A stretch of 64,000 bases of DNA from a virus: the IMG/VR virus record IMGVR_UViG_3300046694_000315, positions 1-64,000 of that record. One strand, 5' to 3'. Below, piece after piece: positions 1 to 10,129 of this stretch. Each line of letters opens with the position of its first letter. Position 1 is the first letter of the stretch. The notes beneath the pieces were generated by a model. It saw only the letters and a program-made list of their open reading frames with translations. It did no database searches and was not told the origin of the DNA. Made by a program: the position numbers and the translations under genes.

Positions 1-138
1 CTTCACCCAGTGAAGACGCTCGCGCACGGTCAACCGGCGAATCTCGCTGAGGCTCCACGCCGGACTTAGTTCGACTAGTTGCTCGTATTCGAAGTACGTG
101 TCGTGGTAGTTACAGGCCCTGAAACAGGTCCCCCGCAC
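1..138 (-). CDS. Partial ORF, second half of a tail assembly chaperone pair (runs off the window edge)
   Basis: Open frame ...CNYHDTYFEYEQLVELSPAWSLSEIRRLTVRERLHWVK overlaps the stop of 110..973 in the +1 frame. The W-x-L-x-E-I-x-x-L-x-x-x-ER-x-x-W pattern is typical of myophage tail chaperone second ORFs. Start is uncertain (GTG at 138, or a frameshift). Confidence 0.55.
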   Translation of the reverse strand, partial: MRGTCFRACNYHDTYFEYEQLVELSPAWSLSEIRRLTVRERLHWVK

Positions 139-973
139 TGATGAAGAGGGGGACCTCCTTTCCGCACGAGTCGTGCGTGAACTTGACATCATTGTACTGA
201 GGGCCCGGCTGCTTTTCCTCAATGGCATCGAGGATGCGCTTGCGGTCGAGAAGGCCCAGAGCACGGGCGAAGTCGGGATTTCCCGTGACGGCGTTTTCAC
301 TGCCATCGGCCTCGACTACGGAAATGAGGCAGCGGGAAATCAGGAGCGTGTTCTGCTCGGATTCCGTGGCGCGGTCGACGACGGCGAGGACGGCGTCCTG
401 GTCGGCGCCGATGGGAAGCCGGACGTAGGCCTTTCGACCCCTGCGGAGTTCGACTTCGAAGACACGGTCGGCGGGGTCGGCCAATCGCCGTACGGGGATC
501 TCGTCGAGGGTGACGGACAGCCGGAACTCCTCGCCGCAGTGCGGGCAGGAGTAGCGGTCCCAGACGATCTCGTCGCCGTAGGTGGCTCGCCGGATCTCCA
601 GCAGGAGCGTGTCGCGGTCGCCGAGCAGGAGATTGCTGAGCAGGGCGGGGCTGGCCTTCTGGTCTCCCACGGAGACGGTGCCGCTGGCGAGGAGGGTGGA
701 GATGAACTTGCCGATACCGCCGTTGCGGGCCTTGGTGATGGCCTCCTCGTCGCCACCGTTCAGTTCACGTACCTCGGCGTCGTAGCGGGCGTTGGCGAAG
801 TCGTTGCCCGAAACGAAACCGCCCGGCAGGCGGAACTGGCCACCTGCCGGGACTGCGATCTCGGGCTTGGCGACCTCGGCCCCCTGGGAGAGCAATGCAG
901 CGATGGCAGCATTTGCCTGACCAGGGTTGGAGAGAGGGTTGGAGAACCCCTCGGTATGAAGGTCGTTTGCCAC
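110..973 (-). CDS. T4 gp26-like baseplate hub / tail assembly chaperone
   Basis: Contains LLLGDRDTLLLEIRRATYG and CPHCG. Lies directly downstream of the tail tube gene. Confidence 0.7.
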   Translation of the reverse strand: MANDLHTEGFSNPLSNPGQANAAIAALLSQGAEVAKPEIAVPAGGQFRLPGGFVSGNDFANARYDAEVRELNGGDEEAITKARNGGIGKFISTLLASGTVSVGDQKASPALLSNLLLGDRDTLLLEIRRATYGDEIVWDRYSCPHCGEEFRLSVTLDEIPVRRLADPADRVFEVELRRGRKAYVRLPIGADQDAVLAVVDRATESEQNTLLISRCLISVVEADGSENAVTGNPDFARALGLLDRKRILDAIEEKQPGPQYNDVKFTHDSCGKEVPLFISAGDLFQGL

Positions 974-1009
974 TGGTTTTGCTCCTAGTCGAGTCGGTCG
1001 ATTCCGCTA

Positions 1010-1561
1010 TTAGAAACTAACGGAAGACGAGCCGACACTGTTAGCCAACTTGAACTCGAAACCCTCGTGGGCGAGGGTCATCTGCTGGACGATGATCGCG
1101 TTGGCGCCAGCGTCCAGGTCCGAGAAGGCGACCGCCGTGGGCCACGCGTTGTAGACGCGGAATGCGGCCTTGGCGGGAGTGGTGCCGGAAGTGACCGGGT
1201 GGTCGAGCACCTTGATGTCGACCATGTGCCGGAATTCCGCACCGGCCTTTCCGTTTCCGGTGCCCTGGATGACGGTGAACAACTGCCGCATCCAGTCCAT
1301 CATCTGGGAGTCGCCGACAGCGAGTCCCTTGGAAAGGGTGATGGGGGCGAAGTCGCTCTGCCCCGGCATCTTCTGGGTCGTAGTGTTCATTCCGCCCTCA
1401 CGGTACGGAATCACCTCGGTCGTGACGTTCAGACCCGAGACGGACATGAATCCCATTCGGGCGAAACCCTTGATGCCCGGGTGCTGGATCTGGACCTGGA
1501 ACTTGAAATTCCGCAAGGGATCGGAAGCGATATGTCCGACGGTGGACGTAGTCGTAGCCAT
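1010..1561 (-). CDS. Tail tube protein (T4 gp19 family)
   Basis: Motifs DPLRNFKF, GFMSVSGL, YREGG, KMPG, ITLSKG and NAWP. Follows the sheath gene. Confidence 0.92.
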   Translation of the reverse strand: MATTTSTVGHIASDPLRNFKFQVQIQHPGIKGFARMGFMSVSGLNVTTEVIPYREGGMNTTTQKMPGQSDFAPITLSKGLAVGDSQMMDWMRQLFTVIQGTGNGKAGAEFRHMVDIKVLDHPVTSGTTPAKAAFRVYNAWPTAVAFSDLDAGANAIIVQQMTLAHEGFEFKLANSVGSSSVSF

Positions 1562-1575
1562 CAGTGGGTTACCTC

Positions 1576-3120
1576 TCAGGAAGTGGCCGTCGAGTCAGTG
1601 GCGGAGGAACCGCCGCTGTACTGGCCGATCTCGATGACGATGAACTCGGCCGGGGTCTGGAGAGCGACACCGACAGAGATGTTCACGACGCCGTTCGCCA
1701 CCGACGCGACCGTGTTGTTCGTGGAGTCGCAGACCACGAAGAAGGCCTGGTCCGGAGTGGTTCCGGCCAGCACGCCCGTCTGCATCAGGGTGAGCAGGTA
1801 CTGCGAGATGACGGCGTTGACCTGGTCCCACAGGATCTGGTCGTTGGGCTCGAACACCGCGAAGCGGGTGGCGTCGAGGATGCCCTTCTTGACCAGCATC
1901 AGGGACCGGCGCACGGAGATGTACCGGTCCGGCATGCCGACGCTCAGAGTGCGGGCGCCGTAGATGACGAAACCGGTGCCCGGCAGGGACTTGATGACGT
2001 TGATGCCCGCGACGTTCAGCGCGTCCTGGTCCGCGTTGGAGAACCGGAACTGCACGTCGAGTACGCCCCGCAGGACGGTGTCGATACCGGCCGGAGGCTT
2101 CTGCACACCGCGCGAGGCGTCGGTGCGGCTGTACTGGCCCAGGACCGCGCCGCCCGGAGGCAGCAAGCGGGCCGAGCCGGAGGCGGTCGTCGCCGGGTCG
2201 TTGACGATCAGCCACGGGCCGTAGATGGCCGCGTAGGACGACGCGCGGATCGCGGAGCCGCCCGTGGACATTCCCTGGAGGCTCAGCGCGTAGGAGTGTG
2301 CGTTGTCGGCGCTGGAGGGCTTCTGGCCGTCCACAACGACGAAGACGGTGCCCTGGTCCTCGGCCCACTCGATGATCGGGTTGAGGACGGTGGAGTCGGT
2401 CACGCCCGGCACGTTCAGCACCAGGTTGTCCTCGACGACCTCCAGCCGCTGGGTGGCCGTGGCCAGGTCGACGGCCGCCACGCCGTCGGAGCCGCCTGCC
2501 AGCGGGACACCGGTCTGTATCGCCGGGGCGTGGTCGGCCTCCCACGTGGTGGCGAGCAGGCTCTCGACCTGGATGAAGGCGGAGCCGGTGACCGGGGAGT
2601 TGATCAGCGCCTGCGCGTTGCGGGAGTCGGCCGGGTCCAGGGAGACGTCGGTGAACCGCTCCTTGAGGTAGGCGGCCGTGTCCCCGCCGACGTAGACGTA
2701 CAGGTCGAACCGGCCCGAGCCGGAGGAGCCCGCCGTGATGTCGACGAAGACGTTGTTGCCCCAGGAGCCCGGGGAGATCGCCTTGATCTTGAGGGTGTCC
2801 TGCGGGGTCGCCTCGGTGTCGTCCAGGGTGACGGAGGCGGCGACCGCGTCGGAAGCAGCCGCACGCACGATGTAGGCGCTGTTGCCGCCGTTGTTGAAGA
2901 AGGAGTAGACGGCGAACGGGAGCAGGTCGGAGGTGTCCCCGAAGCCGCCGTAGGTGGCCACGTACTGCGACCAGGACGACACCAGGGTGGGGGCGAGCGG
3001 ACCGCCCTGCTTCGAGGTACCGACGAAGGCCGCGACCGAGTCGCCGGGGGTCGTCACCGTCTGCGCGAGCGGCGTCAACGTCTCTCCGATGTACACACCG
3101 GGACGCTTGTAGACAGTCAT
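1576..3120 (-). CDS. Contractile tail sheath protein
   Basis: N-terminal YKRPGVYI, FFNNGG, PPGGAVLG, GARTL, RYISVRR, VFEPND and PAEFIVI. Confidence 0.95.
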   Translation of the reverse strand: MTVYKRPGVYIGETLTPLAQTVTTPGDSVAAFVGTSKQGGPLAPTLVSSWSQYVATYGGFGDTSDLLPFAVYSFFNNGGNSAYIVRAAASDAVAASVTLDDTEATPQDTLKIKAISPGSWGNNVFVDITAGSSGSGRFDLYVYVGGDTAAYLKERFTDVSLDPADSRNAQALINSPVTGSAFIQVESLLATTWEADHAPAIQTGVPLAGGSDGVAAVDLATATQRLEVVEDNLVLNVPGVTDSTVLNPIIEWAEDQGTVFVVVDGQKPSSADNAHSYALSLQGMSTGGSAIRASSYAAIYGPWLIVNDPATTASGSARLLPPGGAVLGQYSRTDASRGVQKPPAGIDTVLRGVLDVQFRFSNADQDALNVAGINVIKSLPGTGFVIYGARTLSVGMPDRYISVRRSLMLVKKGILDATRFAVFEPNDQILWDQVNAVISQYLLTLMQTGVLAGTTPDQAFFVVCDSTNNTVASVANGVVNISVGVALQTPAEFIVIEIGQYSGGSSATDSTATS

Positions 3121-3161
3121 CTGTTATCTCCTGTAAGGGGGTGAATTCCTGGGGCTACGAT

Positions 3162-3812
3162 TCAATGTCCCGGTGTCTGTGGTTCGGTTACGTCTTCCAG
3201 GTAGTACTCGAAGTCCAGCGCCACGGACTGAGCCTGCGCGTAGTGCGAGGCCGTCGCCGGAAGCATTTCGCTGGAAACAGAGATCAGGTACTCGCGACGG
3301 AACAGACGCTTTCCGTCCTCGTCGCGGGTGTCGACCAACTCGGGCCCGCCGAGCAAATCCAGACGGCGCACCGTCCCGTCCTCGGGAATCGAAAGGAACC
3401 CGAAGCGGGCGGGAATCCGGTCGTGCTGGGCGAGAGCCGCAGCGAGCGCCATGTCGTGCCAGTAGGTGCGGGAGAAGACGACGATCCGGTACCGCAGGTC
3501 GTACGGGATGGGGAACTCGACGATGTACGGCGACTTGGTGACGTCGTAGGACGGGTCGTCGGGGTTCCACCACTTCTCGGCGCCCTCTGGCGCGTAGGGA
3601 AGGCGTACGTAGCCTCGGTGTTCACGCTCGTCGGCCTTGTCGATCCCCGCGTGCTCGATGACGATCAGGGGGAACGTCTGCTGGGCCAGCTCGCTCTCCG
3701 GCACGCGATAGCGCACCGCGACAGCACGGCCGTCGGGTGCGTTCACGTCGGTGACGGTGAGGCCCTGGAGTTTCGCCTTTACGGCGCGGTCCTCATTGAT
3801 GAGCCATGGCAT
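3162..3812 (-). CDS. Putative tail completion / sheath terminator protein
   Basis: Position between the neck genes and the sheath, with GC3-rich codon usage. Confidence 0.5.
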   Translation of the reverse strand: MPWLINEDRAVKAKLQGLTVTDVNAPDGRAVAVRYRVPESELAQQTFPLIVIEHAGIDKADEREHRGYVRLPYAPEGAEKWWNPDDPSYDVTKSPYIVEFPIPYDLRYRIVVFSRTYWHDMALAAALAQHDRIPARFGFLSIPEDGTVRRLDLLGGPELVDTRDEDGKRLFRREYLISVSSEMLPATASHYAQAQSVALDFEYYLEDVTEPQTPGH

Positions 3813-3890
3813 GCAGTGGGCCTCGCGGGATCTCGGAATGCGGATGTCTTCCGCAATTCAGGATCTCAAGAAGGCCGTCGAAGTTTGTAG

Positions 3891-4409
3891 TCAGGACTTC
3901 TGGGACCAGCGCGAGAACTGAGCATCGTTGACCAGCTCGTCCGGTTTCATCTGGACGCATTCCAGGCCGACGATGATGTCCCGGTTCTGGATCTGCCCGA
4001 GGATCGAAATCGACGTGACGCGAAATACCGAGTCGTCGTAGACGATCCGGTCGGTCAGGTACTTCTGGTGGTCGATGTCCTGGTCGGTGAACCCCATCTT
4101 CCGCAGTGCGTCGAAGGACGCGGTGACGGAGAGGTTGTCCACCGTGTACAGGCCCTGGGTCGTGTCGTGGGCCGGGCCCTGGTTGTGGACCACGTGCAGG
4201 GCGGGGATCCGGTAGGGGCCGACGAAGATCTTGCCCTGGCCGGTGCCCTCGTCGTAGAGGTCGTCGCCGTCGGGGTCGGTGTGGGAGAAGCGGTAGTACT
4301 CCACCCGCTCCCCGATCTCCGTCTGGCGCCCGCGCAGGGTCGCCATGATGTCCGTGGTCTCGTAGTTGGCGTTGAAGCGGCCGTGCGTCTTCCAGTCGAG
4401 GCGTCCCAT
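3891..4409 (-). CDS. Putative head closure / neck protein
   Basis: Start MGRLDWK at 4409 overlaps the upstream stop (TGATG). Contains DDLYDEG and DRIVYD, and sits in the neck-gene position. Confidence 0.55.
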   Translation of the reverse strand: MGRLDWKTHGRFNANYETTDIMATLRGRQTEIGERVEYYRFSHTDPDGDDLYDEGTGQGKIFVGPYRIPALHVVHNQGPAHDTTQGLYTVDNLSVTASFDALRKMGFTDQDIDHQKYLTDRIVYDDSVFRVTSISILGQIQNRDIIVGLECVQMKPDELVNDAQFSRWSQKS

Positions 4410-5224
4410 CAGTAGCCCCAGGATCCGAAGACGCTGGAGGGGATGCCAGACTCGTCGTCGTTCTGGTGGCCGGGGCCGATGGGAGGCAGGATGCGCTGCG
4501 GCAGGGAGTGGTCGTCGTACTCGCGCTCGCGGAAGAGCGGCACGAGGCGGCCGGTCGTGCGGGAGACGCGGCGCAGGTTGGTGACCTCGATCGAGTACAG
4601 GCCGACGCCCAACTTCTCGCACAGGGTCTGGTACCGCTCGGTGAGCATGCCGATCTGCGTCTGGATCTGGGCGAAGCGCTGGCCTCGGTCGACGGAGGTG
4701 CCGTCCGAGGTCTGGACGTTGATGTCGGTGGCCGCGTCGGTGGACAGCGCCCACATGGCCTCGGTGCACGCGAGGAGCACCACGAGGGCGTCCTCCTCGG
4801 CCGGAAGGTTGTCGACTCCCACCGGGGCCTGGTCGTACTTGATGAAGCCGTTGTCGTCCTTGTACCGGGTGGAGATGGTCCGGCCCCGGGTGTGCTGGGC
4901 GACGGCGTCGTTGAGGTAGATGTCCAGTTCGTCGTCGGAGAACAGGCCGTAGGAGGATCCCGACACCAGCAGCAGCGCGTCGAGCGCGAGGGCCTGGGTC
5001 AGGTCGAGGATGCCATTGAGTTCGTCGAGGACGTAGTCGGCGGGGGTGCTCAGCGCGGTCTGCTGGCCCCCCGAGATATGAAGCACTTCGAGGCCGGTCA
5101 CGTTGTTCGCGCTCAGTTCGTACTGTGCGACGTCCCCTGTGCCCCGGATGGTGTCGCGGAACGGCTGGAGCCGGTCGCCCAGCTCGCTGCGTACCCGCGT
5201 GCGCAGTTCTTCGAGAGTTGCCAT
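4409..5224 (-). CDS. Putative head-tail adaptor
   Basis: Contains LRTRVRSELGD and FSDDELDIYL, similar to adaptor proteins. Position after the capsid genes fits. Confidence 0.55.
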   Translation of the reverse strand: MATLEELRTRVRSELGDRLQPFRDTIRGTGDVAQYELSANNVTGLEVLHISGGQQTALSTPADYVLDELNGILDLTQALALDALLLVSGSSYGLFSDDELDIYLNDAVAQHTRGRTISTRYKDDNGFIKYDQAPVGVDNLPAEEDALVVLLACTEAMWALSTDAATDINVQTSDGTSVDRGQRFAQIQTQIGMLTERYQTLCEKLGVGLYSIEVTNLRRVSRTTGRLVPLFREREYDDHSLPQRILPPIGPGHQNDDESGIPSSVFGSWGY

Positions 5225-5237
5225 CCCGCGACTCCTA

Positions 5238-5657
5238 TCAGGCGTTCAGGGTGAGTGCGCCAGCAGCGATCTGGAGCGATTCGTTGGTGGCGGCTTGCAG
5301 CGGGTCGTCGATGGGCCACACGTAGATGACGTCGCCGGTCGTGCCGGACGCCGTGGTGACCAGGGCCGCGTACTGGGCGGCGTCGACCATGTCTGCGGTG
5401 AACGGGCCGTAGAAGAGCAGGGCGTTGTTCGCTGTGGTCATCGGGGAGCCGGAGGGGGCGGTCCACACCACCTGCTGGCGTGCGTAACCGGCCGTCGTGA
5501 TCTCCGGCAGCGTGGTCATGTCGATCGTGTCGGTGTCACCTCCCGGGTCGGCGATGAGCAGCGCGAGGTAGGTGTTGCGGGGAGCGGTGTAGGCCACCGC
5601 CCGGCCGGTGAGGAAGTCGAGTGCCTTACCGGCGTAGGTCGCGGTCGTACCGGCCAT
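5238..5657 (-). CDS. Virion structural protein (small tail-fibre-associated family)
   Basis: Pattern YLAL...EI...GYARQ.V...IAAGALTL, within the structural operon. Confidence 0.55.
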   Translation of the reverse strand: MAGTTATYAGKALDFLTGRAVAYTAPRNTYLALLIADPGGDTDTIDMTTLPEITTAGYARQQVVWTAPSGSPMTTANNALLFYGPFTADMVDAAQYAALVTTASGTTGDVIYVWPIDDPLQAATNESLQIAAGALTLNA

Positions 5658-5956
5658 CAGGCATCAACCTTCTTGAACATGCGCTCGAAGTCGGACAGGT
5701 GGAGGGAGAAGTGCCGAACGGCCTTGCCGGGTGCGTGGCTGCCGTCGTCGGTGATGACGTGGGTGTCGTGCTCGTAGGACAGCAGGACGGAGGCCTCGCC
5801 AGCGTGGCCGACGCCAGCGGTACCGGCCGGGTGCACGTCGACAACGGACACCACGGAGCCGGAGGGGATGTGTCCCAGTCCGGCCCCGTGGCCCTCGGCG
5901 TTCTCCAGCACGTACGACTCGCCCTTGGTCGGGCCGAGCGGCGCGAGAGTCTTCAT
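5657..5956 (-). CDS. Hypothetical protein
   Basis: Has an RBS and is coupled to the next gene. Confidence 0.6.
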   Translation of the reverse strand: MKTLAPLGPTKGESYVLENAEGHGAGLGHIPSGSVVSVVDVHPAGTAGVGHAGEASVLLSYEHDTHVITDDGSHAPGKAVRHFSLHLSDFERMFKKVDA

Positions 5957-5978
5957 GGGATGGGGTCTCCTTGGACCG

Positions 5979-6356
5979 TCAGTGCCAGATGTAGCCGAGG
6001 GAGTCGAGGTGGTCGTAGAGGGCCTTCGGCGCCTTGTAGCGCACGCCCTCCTCGAAGTCGAAGTGGTTGCCGTGGCCGAAGGTCATGTTCTCCAGCGAGG
6101 TGTTCACTCGGAACTCCCGCATGGGGGTCTCGACCTCGACGGCGTCGGACACCTCGATGGCGGCCGGGGCCGGGGCGGGGCGCAGGTCCTTGGGGAGGAC
6201 CTCGTGGACGGTGTCGTCACGCTCGGCTGCGGCCTGGGCGTTGATGAGGGCGATCTCGTTCTCGCGCGCCTTGATCTCCTCGGCGTGCTCCTTGGCGAGG
6301 GCGGCCTTGTTGCGACCGGTCAGGTCACCGGGACGAGCGACATTGCGTGCAGGCAT
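5979..6356 (-). CDS. Hypothetical virion-associated protein
   Basis: GGAG RBS and good codon bias. Follows the capsid gene. Confidence 0.6.
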   Translation of the reverse strand: MPARNVARPGDLTGRNKAALAKEHAEEIKARENEIALINAQAAAERDDTVHEVLPKDLRPAPAPAAIEVSDAVEVETPMREFRVNTSLENMTFGHGNHFDFEEGVRYKAPKALYDHLDSLGYIWH

Positions 6357-6413
6357 TATGAATTCTCCGGGTTCGGGACTCGTTTACGTGAAGCGGTACT
6401 ACTCTAACGAGGA

Positions 6414-6450
6414 AGGGGAGCGGTTCTGGTAATCCAGAATCCGCTCCCCT
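6414..6450 (-). terminator. Hairpin terminator after the major capsid gene
   Basis: Inverted repeat AGGGGAGCGG-TTCTGG/CCAGAA-CCGCTCCCCT. Confidence 0.65.
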
Positions 6451-6509
6451 AACCTTCGGGATCGCGTGACCGCGAATACCAACTAAGCCATCAGGCAAGG
6501 CTTGAGAGA

Positions 6510-7496
6510 TTAGTTGGTCTCCGCGATCAGAACCGCCTGATCCGTGATCAGGCCGAGGCCCCAGATGGCGTACCAGGCCAAGGCGTGCTCTCGGCCGAAG
6601 TCGAGAATGCCGCCGTCTCGCAATTCCACCGGGAGGGAGATCGCGTGGCCGAATGCGTTGTCGCCCAGGAAGATGGACTGGTAGACCGTCTTGCCGGTGG
6701 CGTTGGTGACCTGCTTGACCTGCGTGGTCTCGATGAACACGACGTCGTTGAGACGCCCGATTTCGCCGAGCATGAAGTTGCCCGGGGCCGCGTACTTGGT
6801 GACCTCGATGAATTCCGGGTCATCACGCAACTTGCGGCTCTGGTGCGGGTGGACGAAGCAGACGTAGGTCTCGCCCAGACGCGGGACGTTCTTCGTGGCG
6901 AGGGTCTCGACCGCGTCCTTGACGAGGGCGGCGGTGAAGTCGAACGTGCCGTCCAGGGTGTCGGTGGAGGTGGCGGCGGTGCCGTGACCGTAGACGCCCA
7001 TGCCGGACATGGCCGACGCGGTGGCGTACTTGTTGTAGCCCCAGATCTTCGAGGAGGCCTGGAGCAGGGTGTCCCGGGCGGAAGCGTCCAGGTAGAGGGC
7101 CATGTTGCGGCCCAGCAGGCGGGAGGCCGACGCCATGACGTCGTCGAAGGAGGCGTTGAGCAGGAGTTCCGAGACGGCGACGGCGTAGCCGTGCTCCGCG
7201 ACCGTGATCGAGAACTGCGAGGCCGACAGGGCGTTGGTCTGCATGCGGACGCCTTCGACCAACTGCGAGGCAGCGCCGAGGTTGTTGTAACGCATGAAGT
7301 TGATCGTCAGACCGGGCTGAACGCCGAGTTCGGTCTTCTTCACCGCGAACTGCTCGAAGCGGAGAATCGGCATGGACTGGAACAAGATCTCCTTGCTCCA
7401 GATGGTCTGGATGGCCGCCCCGAGGGTGGAGTTGGCGCCCGAGTAGTTCGTCGGAGAAGCCGACAGGTTCGGGGTACCAGTGATCGCGCTAGGCAT
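6510..7496 (-). CDS. Major capsid protein (N4-gp56 family-like)
   Basis: Motifs LRFEQFA, G.TI.F.RY, L.EGV, EHG.AV.VSE, YVCFVHPHQ, GEIGRL..V.FIETT and DFGR.H.LAWY. Confidence 0.9.
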   Translation of the reverse strand: MPSAITGTPNLSASPTNYSGANSTLGAAIQTIWSKEILFQSMPILRFEQFAVKKTELGVQPGLTINFMRYNNLGAASQLVEGVRMQTNALSASQFSITVAEHGYAVAVSELLLNASFDDVMASASRLLGRNMALYLDASARDTLLQASSKIWGYNKYATASAMSGMGVYGHGTAATSTDTLDGTFDFTAALVKDAVETLATKNVPRLGETYVCFVHPHQSRKLRDDPEFIEVTKYAAPGNFMLGEIGRLNDVVFIETTQVKQVTNATGKTVYQSIFLGDNAFGHAISLPVELRDGGILDFGREHALAWYAIWGLGLITDQAVLIAETN

Positions 7497-7531
7497 ACTT
7501 GGATTTCCTTAGTTACGGGTACTCGACCGAA

Positions 7532-8380
7532 TTACGAGTACAGTCCACGCTGGTTCTGGGCTGCCTGACCGACGCCCAACTGGCCCCGAATCTTGGCGTA
7601 CTCCGACATAGGCATGTTCTGAAGGTCAGAAAGGGAGTACGACTTGTGCCCCGGATCAGTGTCCATAGGTCCGGTGGTGGAATAGCCGGTGGGGCTCACA
7701 CCACGCATGGAGGCTCGCTGCTGAATTGCTGCCTGCTGGACCGACTCCAGGATAGCCTGGGTCTTGGCCTTGACGGTATTGAGCGAGTTCTCCACCTCCT
7801 CCGGCGTATTACCGCCGACGAAGTCGAGAAGTTCCGGAGCGATATTCTCGCTCTCCTCGCCGACCCGTCGCTGGATGTAGGACTGGAGGCTGTTGAACTC
7901 CTGCTCCTTCTGGAACAGAAGTCGCTCCTTCTCGAACTGCTGGAGACGCTGGTTCCACTCCTGCTCCTTGACGGCGAGCAGTTCCTTGGCCGACATGTCT
8001 TCCTCGGCCTTGGCCTTGGCGGCCTCCTGGGCCTGGCGCTGACGCTCGGACTCCTGAGCCTGCGCGGCCTCACGGGCCTTGCGCTGCTCTTCGATCTCGG
8101 CGAGGAAGGTCTTGTTCTGCTCCTCCACGCTCTGGAGGCGCTTGTACAACTTGTCCTTCTCCTCCTGCCGCGCCTTCTGGATGTCCTCGACGGTGAAGCG
8201 AGGCTCAGCGGGCGGGGTGGCAGGCGGCTCAACGACAGCGGCCGGGACGACGATGACGGGGTCGCCACCTTCACCGGGCTGCGGAGCCCCACCTGCGATG
8301 GGGAAGATCGGACGGCCGTCCTTGCGGTGGCCAAGTACGGTGCTGGCGGGCACCGAAATGCCCTGGGTATGAAGCGACAT
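7532..8380 (-). CDS. Capsid scaffolding protein
   Basis: Coiled-coil protein with KARQEEKDKLY and a C-terminal MSEYAKIR. Lies between portal and capsid. Confidence 0.8.
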   Translation of the reverse strand: MSLHTQGISVPASTVLGHRKDGRPIFPIAGGAPQPGEGGDPVIVVPAAVVEPPATPPAEPRFTVEDIQKARQEEKDKLYKRLQSVEEQNKTFLAEIEEQRKAREAAQAQESERQRQAQEAAKAKAEEDMSAKELLAVKEQEWNQRLQQFEKERLLFQKEQEFNSLQSYIQRRVGEESENIAPELLDFVGGNTPEEVENSLNTVKAKTQAILESVQQAAIQQRASMRGVSPTGYSTTGPMDTDPGHKSYSLSDLQNMPMSEYAKIRGQLGVGQAAQNQRGLYS

Positions 8381-8393
8381 GCGCTCTCGACTC

Positions 8394-10112
8394 CTAGTCG
8401 GTCTGGGTGTCCGGGTCTCGGCGAAGTCCGGCTCGCGGGCCGTACGCCTGTGTCACGATTTCGTTAGTCATCTTCTGAATCTCGGGCGCGGAGACAGTGC
8501 CGAGATCGACACCACCGGGAAGCGTCACCGGATTCGGACCCGCAGGCTGATTGATGGGGTTGCCATCCGCATCAGATTGCGGTGCAGGCGCATCCACCCC
8601 TTCAGGTGGCATTCCCGTCAGTTGCAGAATAGTCGAGTCGATCTGCGTCTTTAGCATTCGCAGAGCGCCCTGCTGCTTGGCGTCCTCGATCTGCTCTTCG
8701 AAGATCTCGCGGACCTTCTCGTCCGGGAACTCCTCGCCCAAGTCGTGGAGGGCTCCGCGCATGGATTCAAGGCCCATGGACATCTTCGCCTGGATCTCAT
8801 TCAACTTGATGAGGGTGTCGACCGGCAGAGGGGCGGGCCATTCACACTCGGTGAAGTAGGCCATTGGGTCGAGGACGTCGATCATCATCGGCTGGTCGTC
8901 CTTCATGATGCCCTCGGTGTTGGGGTCATACAGCCGGGTTTCCGGCTCGAAGGTGAACAGCGTCTTGAGGATCAGTTCGTTGACCTTCTGGAGGCCAACG
9001 GAGTACTGCATCTTCTTCTGGTCGTACCGGGACATCATCGGCCGGTACATGATGGCCAGGGCCACGCCCGACGTATTCGACGCGGGCTGCATCTGACCGA
9101 GCGCCGTTTCCGGAACGCCCGTGAGTTCGTGCATGGAACGCTTGATCATCTCCAGGTACTGGAGTGGTCCCGCGAGGTCGACGCCATTCTCCAAGTTGAA
9201 CACCTGGGCGTCCTTGGGAAGCCCACCCCACACCTTGCGAGGACCCTTCTCAAGGTTGCTCGCTTTCGCGCCCGTGATGATCGTTACGGGGGCGGCGTGG
9301 TAATTGATGATGTCGCTGATGTCGGTCGCCTTCTCGTTGTACTCACGATTCAGGCTGATGATGTCGGCGATATCGGAGAGACCCCACGGAGAGCCGCTGA
9401 CCTGTGAGTTTGCGATGTGAACCACGGGTATGAGACCGAGCGGGTTCGGGCGGGAGTCGATGAGTTCGTCATTGAGGTATTCCTCAATGGTGGAATCCGT
9501 CAGGACCTCGACGTAGGTGTAGACGGAACGTGTCCCGTCCTCGCCGGTAGCCCAGAAACGGTACTTCAACTTGAAGCGGATCAGTCGGTCCCGGTCGTGC
9601 GGGTGCCATTCCGGGAAGCAGAAGGAACTGTTGAGCGGAAGAATGCGCACCTTGCCTGGCTGTGGTTGTCCCAGGTCATCTTCGAATGCAGGCTGATACG
9701 CGACCTTGACAAAGACGTCGCCGGAGACGCCGCCTTGCTGGCCCATCTCCCAGAGCAACTGCTCCTTGCGGTTGTCTACCTCCCACGCCCTCTTCAGGAG
9801 GGTGGGGATGATGTGCTCGTACTGCTTCACGCTCTTGAAGTGGACGCCGCGTCCGAACGTGAAGTTGTTGATGTAGTCGGCGAAGGCCTTCACGTAGTTG
9901 AACGTGATCTGGCTCTCTCCAGCCTCGCGGCGGTATCCCCAGTGATGTCCCAAGTAGTATGCAAAGTTCTGGGAATAGCGGTTGAGGCGCGGGCCGTGTA
10001 CTTCAAACTCCTCGTCGGCCAATTCGACCAGGCCGAGAGGCGAGATCGACACAGTGAGGTCTGATCCCGAAGCCCGCATGCTGGGGCTAGCGAATGAAAT
10101 GGCACCGCTCAT
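8394..10112 (-). CDS. Portal protein (SPP1 gp6-like)
   Basis: 572 aa with NPLG.IPVVH, GLSDI and SGVAL motifs. Upstream of scaffold and capsid. Confidence 0.88.
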   Translation of the reverse strand: MSGAISFASPSMRASGSDLTVSISPLGLVELADEEFEVHGPRLNRYSQNFAYYLGHHWGYRREAGESQITFNYVKAFADYINNFTFGRGVHFKSVKQYEHIIPTLLKRAWEVDNRKEQLLWEMGQQGGVSGDVFVKVAYQPAFEDDLGQPQPGKVRILPLNSSFCFPEWHPHDRDRLIRFKLKYRFWATGEDGTRSVYTYVEVLTDSTIEEYLNDELIDSRPNPLGLIPVVHIANSQVSGSPWGLSDIADIISLNREYNEKATDISDIINYHAAPVTIITGAKASNLEKGPRKVWGGLPKDAQVFNLENGVDLAGPLQYLEMIKRSMHELTGVPETALGQMQPASNTSGVALAIMYRPMMSRYDQKKMQYSVGLQKVNELILKTLFTFEPETRLYDPNTEGIMKDDQPMMIDVLDPMAYFTECEWPAPLPVDTLIKLNEIQAKMSMGLESMRGALHDLGEEFPDEKVREIFEEQIEDAKQQGALRMLKTQIDSTILQLTGMPPEGVDAPAPQSDADGNPINQPAGPNPVTLPGGVDLGTVSAPEIQKMTNEIVTQAYGPRAGLRRDPDTQTD

Positions 10113-10129
10113 GGAAAGGGTTCTCCGAC

